Shown: in pieces, positions 20,573 through 28,360 of the stretch
Layout of the letters: every line of letters begins with the position of its first letter
Numbering within the stretch: position 1 is the stretch's first letter
Assembly: GCA_937875615.1 (NCBI GenBank)
Contig: CALNBU010000553.1
Location: 1 to 52,390, forward strand
Direction: 5' to 3'
Origin: an uncultured Archangium sp.
GTDB taxonomy: Bacteria; Myxococcota; Myxococcia; Myxococcales; Myxococcaceae
DNA: 52,390 nt
Made by a program: the position numbers and the translations under genes
The notes under the pieces: generated by a model
Databases searched by the model: none
The model's input: only the letters and a program-made list of their open reading frames with translations
What the model was told of the DNA's origin: nothing

Positions 20573-20717
20573 GGGAAACCTCTGGGGTTGCGGTGAGAGA
20601 GACCCGCCCAGGGTTCAGGACCCATTCCAGAATTCAGGCCTGCAAAATCATATGGTTGCAGACGGCCAAGGCCGTCAGTGGAGACACGCCGTCGCGCCGC
20701 GCGGTCGGTGTGGCTCC

Positions 20718-22832
20718 TCAGTCGTGCAGCGTCAGCTGTTGGACCTCGCCGGAGGCCGACTTCAGCTCCACCAGGTGGCGCCCGCCGAGGCGCAGCCGCG
20801 GGTGCTCGAGCTGGAGCGCGCCGTCGGCCTCTCGCCAGGTCGACCACAGCCCGCCGTCGATGCGCCAGGCGTAGCGCCCGCGGGGAACGAAGAGCGTCGC
20901 GGCGCCCTCGGAGCGCTCCGCGCGCACCACCAGCGATTGGGTGGCCCGCTTCTGCTGCGCCACGCACGCGCCGGCGTCGGAGGGCAGCCGGGCATAGAAG
21001 GCCGCGTGTCCGAAGGTGTTCGCGCCCTGCAGCGGGGCGATGCCGCGCGCCCCCACCACCTCCAGCGTGCCCATCAGGTCGGGTACGGCGAAGCCCCCCA
21101 GCCCAGCAGCGAGCTGCGGCTCGGCGAGCGAGAGCAGGGTGGGCAGGAGGTTGGCCAGCACCGTGGCGTCCTCTGCCAGCAGCTCGCTGTTGCCCACCAC
21201 CACGTTGCTCACCAGGTTGCCGAGCGAGCCGATGACGGGAGTGAGGGTGGCGCAGTCGGCCTCCACGCCCAGCGGCAGTGAGACGTCGGCCAGCACGGTG
21301 AAGAGGCGCACCTGGCGCTCCTCGAGCTGCGCGTAGAGGTCGACCTCCAGGTTCGGCCAGTCGAGGCGGAGCAGCGGCTCGACCAGCGCGCCGCTGGCGT
21401 CGATGGTGTTGGCGCCGATGACCGCGCTGGGGGGCGCCGTCGGGCGGAGCGCGATGAGCAGCGGCACGTTCTTTCCGTGCGTCAGCTTGTTGAGCGAGGG
21501 CAGCAGCGTGCCCAGCAGCTCCGAGCTCAGCAGGCTCACCGTCGAGGTGCCCAGCTGCAGACACAGCGCGCCGGACTGGTGCGCGTTGAAGAAGAGCTCG
21601 GAGAGGAACTGGTTCGAGACCGAGAAGCCCACGTCGTACGGCCCCGGCGCCAGCTGGTCGAAGTCGGGCAGGGGCAGCGTCGGCGGGGTGGGCCGCTGCA
21701 GCGCGGTGACGCAGTCGGCGACCGTGAGCGCCTGGACGCCGCCCCGGAGCCCCGCCGTCAGCCCCACGCTGGTGGCCTCCGCGCTGCCGCCCGCGCCGAT
21801 GGCCAGCTCCACCGCGGCGCCCGGCGGAACGCCCAGACCGCTCAGCAGCACGTCGAGCTCCGCGCGGCCCTCCATGCCCAGCGAGAGCGGCACGCAGGCG
21901 CCGTTGCTGTCGTCGCGGCAGAGGCCGGCCTGACAGCTGGAGGTGTGCGTCCCCGAGGTCGGGCACTCGCCCTGCGGGCCGCAGGCCGCGCACAGCGTGT
22001 CGCCGAGGCGGGTGGTGAGCTGGGTGCGCAGCTGCGCGGTGAGCTGGTTGATGAGCAGCGTCTTCACCGGCCCGAGGTTGGCGATGTTCAGCGCCGAGCA
22101 GCCCTCGTTGAGGATCTCCATGTCGTCGGGGTCGATGCAGGCCTCGGTCGCGGTGCCGCCGCAGGCCTGGGTGTTGCCGATGGCCGCCACCTCCAGCTTG
22201 AGCACCTGGTCCCACCGGGTGTCGATGGTGAGCGCGAGGTCGAGCAGCAGCTCGTTGGTCACCGGCGGCTGTCGCGCGGAGTCGTAGTCGACGGTGAACT
22301 TCGCGCGGCCGAACGGAGGGATGAGGCCGCACAGCGGGGTGCCGCCCACGGAGGAGATGGGCAGCGCGCCGGTGTCGACGGCGGCGGTGACGCGCACCCG
22401 CAGCAGGTTGGGGGCCGCCGGCTCGAAGCGGGGGTCGGCCAGCGTCAGCGTCACCGGGTGTCCCTGGTCGTCGGCGTCGCAGGTACCGTCCATGCGCCCG
22501 CACGACTCGTCGGCGCAGCCGGGCTGGCCGGTGTCGGCGATGGCCAGCTGCAGCACCGGGATGCCGATGACACTGGTGGTCTGCGGCGAGCACGGGATGG
22601 TGACGTTCATCACGCCGCCCGGCGCGAGGAGGCTCATGAAGGTCTCGCCGTTGGCGTTGAGGTACGAGAAGCCGTTGGCGGAGAGGCGCGCCGCCCCGGC
22701 GCTGTTGAGCTTCTGGCCGGTGAAGCTGCCCTGCGGGAGCTGCGTGAACCCGGGGCAGCTGCAGTTGGGCAGGGCGCAGGTGGTCAGCAGGCAGCAGGCG
22801 AGGAAGAGCGAGGGGCGCGTCACCGGCGGCAC
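20718..22832 (-). CDS. Large secreted Cys-rich protein of unknown function, possibly a two-lobed BPI/LBP/CETP (TULIP)-like lipid-binding protein with a C-terminal beta-sandwich
   Basis: 704 aa with a hydrophobic Cys-containing N-terminus (SLFLACCLLTTCA), many paired Cys and GC-rich third positions. Several segments resemble the BPI C-terminal domain pattern as I recall it: VSNQFLSELFFNAHQSGAL, LLGTLLPSLNKL and SNVVVGNSELLAEDATVLANLLPTLL. Confidence 0.55.
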   Translation of the reverse strand: MPPVTRPSLFLACCLLTTCALPNCSCPGFTQLPQGSFTGQKLNSAGAARLSANGFSYLNANGETFMSLLAPGGVMNVTIPCSPQTTSVIGIPVLQLAIADTGQPGCADESCGRMDGTCDADDQGHPVTLTLADPRFEPAAPNLLRVRVTAAVDTGALPISSVGGTPLCGLIPPFGRAKFTVDYDSARQPPVTNELLLDLALTIDTRWDQVLKLEVAAIGNTQACGGTATEACIDPDDMEILNEGCSALNIANLGPVKTLLINQLTAQLRTQLTTRLGDTLCAACGPQGECPTSGTHTSSCQAGLCRDDSNGACVPLSLGMEGRAELDVLLSGLGVPPGAAVELAIGAGGSAEATSVGLTAGLRGGVQALTVADCVTALQRPTPPTLPLPDFDQLAPGPYDVGFSVSNQFLSELFFNAHQSGALCLQLGTSTVSLLSSELLGTLLPSLNKLTHGKNVPLLIALRPTAPPSAVIGANTIDASGALVEPLLRLDWPNLEVDLYAQLEERQVRLFTVLADVSLPLGVEADCATLTPVIGSLGNLVSNVVVGNSELLAEDATVLANLLPTLLSLAEPQLAAGLGGFAVPDLMGTLEVVGARGIAPLQGANTFGHAAFYARLPSDAGACVAQQKRATQSLVVRAERSEGAATLFVPRGRYAWRIDGGLWSTWREADGALQLEHPRLRLGGRHLVELKSASGEVQQLTLHD

Positions 22833-22930
22833 CCTACCGAGTGCCGCCCAGGCTGGCGAGGTCGGCGCCGAACGGCCGGGCCGAAGACTTCACTTGCGGC
22901 GATGCTTTGGAGTTAACTCCGAGGTCTCTC

Positions 22931-25111
22931 ATGCGCACTTCACGACTGCTGCCGCTCGTCTGCTTCGTCGCGCTCCCCGCCTTCGCGGAGCCTGCGCGCA
23001 CGCGCCAGCAAGACCGGGAGGCGCTCAAGACCACGCTCGACGGGGTGTTGACGAAGTCGACGCTCAAGGACGCGCGGGTGGGGCTGCAGGTGCGGAGCCT
23101 CGAGGATGGCTCGGTGGTGTACGCGCGCGACGCCGAGGAGTTGCTCAACCCGGCGTCGAACGTGAAGCTCTTCACCGCCGCCGCGGCGCTCGCGGTGCTG
23201 GGCCCGGAGTACCGCTTCGACACCGAGTTCTTCGTCGACCGCGACTGGAAGGAAGGCAAGACCAAGGTGCTGTACGTGCGGGGCCGCGGCGACCCGAGCA
23301 TCACCACCGAGCGCCTCTACGGCATGGTGGCCGACCTGCTGCACAACGGCGTGAAGGAGGTCGGGGACATCGTGGTCGACGACTCCTGGTTCGACGGGGA
23401 CCGCACGCCGCCGGGCTTCGACCAGGAGTTCGGAGATCGCGCGTACCTCGCGCCCACCGGAGCGCTCTCCCTCAACTGGAACACGGTGGGGGTGCACCTC
23501 CGGCCCGGCGACCGCGCGGGCGAGAAGGCGACGGTGGAGGTGGAGCCGCCCAGCGACTTCTTCGTGGTCGAGAGCCAGGTGACCACGGGCACCAACACCC
23601 AGCGGCGCTTCACCGCCAGCTCCTCGGTCGACAAAGACAAGGTGCGCCAGAAGATCTCGGTCGAGGGCGTGGTGCCGGTCGACAAGGGGGTGTGGGCGGT
23701 GTGGAAGAAGATCGACCAGCCCTCGCTGTACTTCGGCTTCACGGTCAAGGCGCTGCTCAAGCAGCGGGGCGTGAAGGTGAAGGGGCGGGTCCGTCCGGGC
23801 GTGACGCCGAAGGCGGGGGTGCGGCTGCTGCAGCTGAACCAGAGCGACACGCTCGACGTGGTGCTCAAGAAGCTCAACAAGAACTCCTCGAACTTCGTGG
23901 CCGAGCAGCTCATCAAGACCATGGGCGCGCAGGCGCGGGGAGAGCCGGGGACCCACGCGGGAGGCATCGCCGCGGTGGAGGCGTTCCTGGAGCGCGAGGT
24001 GGGCATCGCCCGCGGCACCTACGTGATGAAGAACGGCTCCGGGCTCAACGACACCAACCGCTTCTCGGCGGCGCAGACCAACAAGCTGCTGGTGCACATG
24101 GCCAACCGCTTCGAGGTGATGCCGGAGTTTCTCTCGTCGGTGGGCATCGCCGGCAAGGACGGCACGCTCAAGTACCGCTTCGAGGGCAGCGACGCGGTGG
24201 GCCGCCTGCGCGCCAAGACGGGCACGCTCGAGACGGTGTCGGCGCTGTCGGGCTACGTGCAGGCGGTAGGCGGCGAGCGCTTCGTGTTCTCCATCATGGT
24301 GAACGACTTCACCGGGCGCGCCGGCACGGTGGTGCCCAACATCGACGCCATCGGGGCGGCGGTGGCGGCGCAGGGCAGCTCCGCGGGGCCCTCGGCGGCG
24401 GTGGCCGCGCTGACGCCGGCCTCGGTGGTGGGTCCCTTCGCGGAGCTCAAGAAACGGCTGCAGACCTACGTGGGCCTCGCGCGAGAGGGCGAGAAGCGCA
24501 ACGTGGCGCTGCTGCGCACCGCGTGGCGCAGCGAGCGGGACCCCGCGGTGCGCGCCATCATCGCCGACGCGCTGTACCAGTCGGACCCGCGGGAAGGCGC
24601 GAGCGTGCGGGTGTTGCTCGACTCCGCGCTGGCCACCGACGACGTCTACGGGCGCATCAAGAAGGCCTCGGCGGAGGCCGGCTTCGACCTGCCGGTGCTG
24701 CCCTCGGTGGTGGAGCTGGCGGCGGCCGGCAACGTCGACGCCGCGGCGCGGCTCTTCGAGTTCGTCAAGGTCGACCAGGCCGACGAGCGCGCCTCGGCCT
24801 GGCTCTCGGAGCAGCTGGCGGTGGTGGCCACGGACGCGCCGCAGGAGCTGCTGCTGGCGCTCAAGTCGACGCCCGAGGCGGACCGCGCGCCCGTCATCGA
24901 CAGCCTGGTGCGCGGGCTGGTGAAGGCCGCGCAGCCCGACGCGCCGCTGTGGGCCACGCTGCGGCAGAACGAGGGCGCGGCGGACCCGTCGATGGCCGCC
25001 TTCGCCAAGTCGCTGGAGGCCACGCTGTCGCTGAAGATCGCCGAGGCGCGTGTCCCGGTGGAGGGCGACGAGCCCGCGAGCGACAACAGCAAGCCGGTGC
25101 CGGGCGGGTGA
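22931..25111 (+). CDS. dacB: D-alanyl-D-alanine carboxypeptidase/endopeptidase (PBP4, peptidase S13) with a ~250-aa C-terminal helical extension
   Basis: I chose the ATG at 22931 because it gives the signal peptide MRTSRLLPLVCFVALPAFA. SxxK motif NPASNVKLF, KTG motif AKTGTL, and DGSGL-type GSGLND. Confidence 0.85.
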   Translation: MRTSRLLPLVCFVALPAFAEPARTRQQDREALKTTLDGVLTKSTLKDARVGLQVRSLEDGSVVYARDAEELLNPASNVKLFTAAAALAVLGPEYRFDTEFFVDRDWKEGKTKVLYVRGRGDPSITTERLYGMVADLLHNGVKEVGDIVVDDSWFDGDRTPPGFDQEFGDRAYLAPTGALSLNWNTVGVHLRPGDRAGEKATVEVEPPSDFFVVESQVTTGTNTQRRFTASSSVDKDKVRQKISVEGVVPVDKGVWAVWKKIDQPSLYFGFTVKALLKQRGVKVKGRVRPGVTPKAGVRLLQLNQSDTLDVVLKKLNKNSSNFVAEQLIKTMGAQARGEPGTHAGGIAAVEAFLEREVGIARGTYVMKNGSGLNDTNRFSAAQTNKLLVHMANRFEVMPEFLSSVGIAGKDGTLKYRFEGSDAVGRLRAKTGTLETVSALSGYVQAVGGERFVFSIMVNDFTGRAGTVVPNIDAIGAAVAAQGSSAGPSAAVAALTPASVVGPFAELKKRLQTYVGLAREGEKRNVALLRTAWRSERDPAVRAIIADALYQSDPREGASVRVLLDSALATDDVYGRIKKASAEAGFDLPVLPSVVELAAAGNVDAAARLFEFVKVDQADERASAWLSEQLAVVATDAPQELLLALKSTPEADRAPVIDSLVRGLVKAAQPDAPLWATLRQNEGAADPSMAAFAKSLEATLSLKIAEARVPVEGDEPASDNSKPVPGG

Positions 25112-25260
25112 CGCCGTTCCCCACCAGCCGCTGTCACGGCTGCCGGTTCCTGCGCGAAGTGACGACCGCGCGCTCGACCTTTCTCCTCTGCACGCACGGC
25201 GGGCCGCCGAAGTACCCGCCGCAACCGGTGCTGGCGTGTCCGCACCGGGTGGCGGCCTGA
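25108..25260 (+). CDS. Small conserved Cys4 (zinc-ribbon-like) protein
   Basis: GTGA overlap with the dacB stop. 50 aa. RCHGCRFLREV...STFLLC...PKYPPQPVLAC resembles a widely conserved small hypothetical family, as recalled from memory. Confidence 0.5.
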   Translation: MTPFPTSRCHGCRFLREVTTARSTFLLCTHGGPPKYPPQPVLACPHRVAA

Positions 25261-25363
25261 GGCGGCTCCGCGCGCCTCCACAAGTCGGGCCCCCGTGCTA
25301 AGGCTCCGCCCCTGACGACTCGCCCGCGTTGGGCCGGTTCTCGACCAGGAAGGAAGCAGTGAC

Positions 25364-25810
25364 ATGGCAGGCATCAACAAGGTCATTCTGATCGGCAACC
25401 TCGGGCGCGACCCCGAGGTGCGCTTCACGCCCAGCGGCCAGGCGGTGGCCAACTTCAGCATCGCCACCAGCGAGTCGTGGACCGACAAGTCCTCCGGCCA
25501 GCGCCAGGAGAAGACCGAGTGGCACCGCATCGTGGTGTGGGGGAAGCAGGCGGAGAACTGCGGCCAGTACCTCAAGAAGGGCCGCCAGTGTTACATCGAG
25601 GGCCGCCTCCAGACCCGCGAGTGGACGGACAAAGAGGGGAAGAAGAACTACACCACCGAGGTCGTGGCCAACACCGTGCAATTCCTGGGTGGCGGCGCCG
25701 GTGGACGCGCGGAGGATGGCGGCGGTGGGTACCAGCGCGCTGACAGCAATGTCGCGGCGCCTCCTGAAGATTTCGGTTCCCCCCCTCCTTCCGACGACAT
25801 TCCGTTCTAA
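25364..25810 (+). CDS. ssb: Single-stranded DNA-binding protein
   Basis: OB-fold N-terminus [18 protein letters not shown], a Gly-rich linker and the acidic tail DDIPF. RBS aggaaggaag lies upstream. Confidence 0.97.
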   Translation: MAGINKVILIGNLGRDPEVRFTPSGQAVANFSIATSESWTDKSSGQRQEKTEWHRIVVWGKQAENCGQYLKKGRQCYIEGRLQTREWTDKEGKKNYTTEVVANTVQFLGGGAGGRAEDGGGGYQRADSNVAAPPEDFGSPPPSDDIPF

Positions 25811-25953
25811 GGTGCCGAGAGGCCGAGGAGATTCGATCTTGACGCGCAGGTGACGATTCTGTTGTACGCGCACCGACGCGACTTCAGCCGAATTTCCATA
25901 CACACCCTACACGCGCCCAAGCCCGGTTGGGCGCAGCAGCAGGAGCAGCAACG

Positions 25954-27384
25954 ATGAAAGCAAAATTCCTCGCGCTCGGAGCCATCGGCTTCGTCGCTCT
26001 CACCTTCATGGGGTGTCCTCAGCAGGAGTGTGGACCCAACAACTGCAACGGTTGCTGTCAGGAAGACGGCACCTGTGTCGCGCCTCCGGACAACGCGAAG
26101 CACGCGACCTGCGGCACGTCGGGCAACGCGTGCGACGACTGCTCCGCCAACGATGGCCAGTGCGACAGCAGCAACTTCACCTGCGTCGGCGGTGACGGCG
26201 GTACCGGCGGTGGCGGCGGCGTGGAGTGCGGAAACGGCTGCTGGACCTCGAGCAACCCTGCGACCCGTACCTGCCGTGTGGCGGGGACCAGCCAGCAGAA
26301 CGCCACGTTCTGCGGCATCGGCGCGGTCGTCTGTGGCGCGTGCCCGACCGGTCAGGCCTGCAACGACGGCGTGTGTGGCGCGCCGACGACGGTGTCGCTG
26401 GGCGCCGTCTGCCAGGGCAACGCGGACTGCGCCGGGCTGCCCGTGTCCAACAACGAGATCGTGGTCGGCACGAGCCAGTGGACGCCGACGCCCTACTGCA
26501 AGACCGCTTCGCAGAACGAGAGCTTCCTGAGCGGCTTCCGTCTCCCCGGGTTCTCCTACCCCGAGGGCTACTGCACCAAGCGCTGCGTCGGCAACGCGAG
26601 CTGCGGCGCCGGCAACATGTGCGTGGCCGGCCTCGGCGTCTTCGGTGAGCTCGACAACTTCTGCGCCAAGGGCTGCACGGACAACTCGCAGTGCCGCACC
26701 GGCTACTCCTGCGTCGGCCTCTCCGCGACCCAGGCCGCGTGCCTCCCGTCGTCGGTCGATTGGTCGACGCCCACGGTGGACGCCGGTACCGGCAACACCA
26801 ACGTCGCCGGCGGCGCGTGCACTGGCAACGCGCAGTGCCAGCCTCCGTCCAACGCCTACTGCCTCACCAACAACAACTTCCCCGGCGGTATGTGCATCGC
26901 CGAGTGCAGTTGGATGTCTGACGAGAACTGGTGTGGCCCGATGAGCGAGTGTGTGACCTTGCTCGGCCCTGACTCGGAGACGGCGCCCACGCTGGTGAGC
27001 CTCTGCCTCCAGAGCTGCTTCATGCTGCCCGACGGCGGTCAGCTCGACACGCCTGATGCGGGCATGGCCCCCGGGGTCGACGCGGGCGAGGAGCCGGATG
27101 CAGGCGAAGAGCCCGATGCGGGCGAGCCTGACGCCGGTGGCGAAGAGCCCGACGCGGGCGAGCCTGACGCGGGTGGCGAAGAGCCTGACGCGGGCGAGCC
27201 TGACGCGGGCGACGAGACGCCTGACGCGGGCGGCGAAGAGCCTGACGCGGGTGACATGACGCCCGACGCCGGCGACATGACGCCCGACGCCGGTGAGCCC
27301 GTTGACGCTGGCGTGACGTACCGCCCGTGCCGCGACCAGTACGATTGCAACGCTGACCCCAACGAGGCCGGCTTCTGTTTCTGA
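25954..27384 (+). CDS. Cysteine-rich lipoprotein with a C-terminal acidic xDAG tandem repeat
   Basis: ATG preceded by aggagcagca. Lipobox LTFMG|C. There are dozens of Cys in CxxC/CxC-like spacing. 12 PDAG plus 2 VDAG motifs occur near the C-terminus. Confidence 0.8.
   Translation: MKAKFLALGAIGFVALTFMGCPQQECGPNNCNGCCQEDGTCVAPPDNAKHATCGTSGNACDDCSANDGQCDSSNFTCVGGDGGTGGGGGVECGNGCWTSSNPATRTCRVAGTSQQNATFCGIGAVVCGACPTGQACNDGVCGAPTTVSLGAVCQGNADCAGLPVSNNEIVVGTSQWTPTPYCKTASQNESFLSGFRLPGFSYPEGYCTKRCVGNASCGAGNMCVAGLGVFGELDNFCAKGCTDNSQCRTGYSCVGLSATQAACLPSSVDWSTPTVDAGTGNTNVAGGACTGNAQCQPPSNAYCLTNNNFPGGMCIAECSWMSDENWCGPMSECVTLLGPDSETAPTLVSLCLQSCFMLPDGGQLDTPDAGMAPGVDAGEEPDAGEEPDAGEPDAGGEEPDAGEPDAGGEEPDAGEPDAGDETPDAGGEEPDAGDMTPDAGDMTPDAGEPVDAGVTYRPCRDQYDCNADPNEAGFCF
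27052..27312 (+). repeat. In-frame degenerate tandem repeat encoding (E)EPDAG(G) units
   Basis: Repeated gagcc(t/c)gacgcgggc units. The longer 36-nt unit gagcctgacgcgggtggcgaagagcc(c/t)gacgcgggc recurs. All of it lies inside the 25954..27384 CDS. Confidence 0.85.
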
Positions 27385-27416
27385 CGCGGTAGCGTCTCCA
27401 GGATGAGACAAGACGG

Positions 27417-27456
27417 GGCGGCAGTCGCGGAATGCGGCTGTCGCCTCTTCTCTTTT
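27417..27456 (+). terminator. Rho-independent terminator-like hairpin downstream of the Cys-rich lipoprotein gene
   Basis: A 12-bp stem joins ggcggcagtcgc (27417-27428) and gcggctgtcgcc (27434-27445), including two G-U pairs. The loop is ggaat and the tail is tcttctctttt. The hairpin starts 33 nt after the stop codon. Confidence 0.6.
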
Positions 27457-27471
27457 GCAGGAGTTGGAACG

Positions 27472-28353
27472 ATGGCAGACGCGGTGGTGCGTGCGCTGGT
27501 GCCGCAGGCAGGCTTGAAGGTCTCGGTGGTGGTGGCGACGGAGCTGGCGCGAGAGGCCCGCCAGCGCCACGGGTTGGCGCCCGCGGCGGCGGTGCTCTTC
27601 GCGCAGGGCCTGGCCGCGGGTGGGTTGTTGGCGTCGCTCCAGAAGGAGGAGGCGCGCATCAACCTCCAGCTCGAGTGTGATGGGCCGCTGCGCGGTTTCT
27701 TCGTCGACGCGAGCGTCTCAGGGGCGGTGCGCGGCTACGTGAAGAACCCCGCCGCCGATGTCGCCCTGGCCTCGGGGCGCTTCCAGTGGCGCGGGTTGCT
27801 CGGCAACCAGGGCTTCATCTCGGTGCTCAAAGAGTCGGGCGGACAGTACTACCGCTCTTCGGTGGAGCTGACGGCGATGCAGCTCTCGGAGGACCTGAAT
27901 CACTACTTTCGCGCTTCGGAGCAGGTGCCGACGCGGGTGGCGCTCGAGGTGACGGCCATCGGCGACGAGCCGCTGGGCGTGGTCGCGGGCGTCCTGGTGC
28001 AGGCGCTGCCGGACGGAGACCTGGAGGCCCTCGCCGAGCTGGGCCGTGTGCTCCCCGAACGGCTGCGCGCCTGGCTGGAGGGGGGCGGTGGTGAGCCCGA
28101 GGCGTTGCTCGGCGCGCTCTTCCCCGGGGAGACGGTGCTGGCCCGGGTGCCGCTGCGCTTCAGCTGCACCTGCAGCCGGGAGCGCGCGCTGGCCACCCTC
28201 GCCGCGCTGGGGGCCGACGACGTCCAGAACATCGTCGACACCATGGGCAGCACCGCGGTGACGTGTCACTTCTGCGGCAGCAAGCACGAGGTCAGCCTGG
28301 AGGACCTCTGGGGCATCCTCGCGTCGCTCGGGCGCCCTCAGCTCCGCAACTGA
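27472..28353 (+). CDS. hslO: Redox-regulated chaperone Hsp33
   Basis: ATG at 27472 follows the RBS gcaggag. The N-terminus MADAVVRALVPQAGLKVSVV aligns with Hsp33 N-termini. C-terminal zinc centre CTCSRER...CHFCGSKHEV. Confidence 0.9.
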   Translation: MADAVVRALVPQAGLKVSVVVATELAREARQRHGLAPAAAVLFAQGLAAGGLLASLQKEEARINLQLECDGPLRGFFVDASVSGAVRGYVKNPAADVALASGRFQWRGLLGNQGFISVLKESGGQYYRSSVELTAMQLSEDLNHYFRASEQVPTRVALEVTAIGDEPLGVVAGVLVQALPDGDLEALAELGRVLPERLRAWLEGGGGEPEALLGALFPGETVLARVPLRFSCTCSRERALATLAALGADDVQNIVDTMGSTAVTCHFCGSKHEVSLEDLWGILASLGRPQLRN

Positions 28354-28360
28354 GCGCGCC

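Noticed and set aside
25913-25934. Hairpin gcgcccaa-gcccgg-ttgggcgc upstream of the Cys-rich lipoprotein gene, considered as the ssb terminator or a riboswitch-like leader.
   Set aside because: It has an 8-bp stem and no U-tract, and lies 100 nt from the ssb stop. It is too small and isolated to assign a role. It is a possible 5'-UTR structure only.
27052-27312. Regular short repeats at 27052-27312 and 52273-52390 considered as CRISPR-like arrays.
   Set aside because: The repeats are contiguous with no unique spacers. They are in frame inside CDSs and encode PDAG and GGSGGGAVG peptide units.
27403-27471. The upstream ATG at 27403 as the hslO start.
   Set aside because: The added 23 residues (MRQDGAAVAECGCRLFSFAGVGT) would be translated through the terminator hairpin. 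The ATG at 27472 has an RBS and aligns with Hsp33 N-termini.
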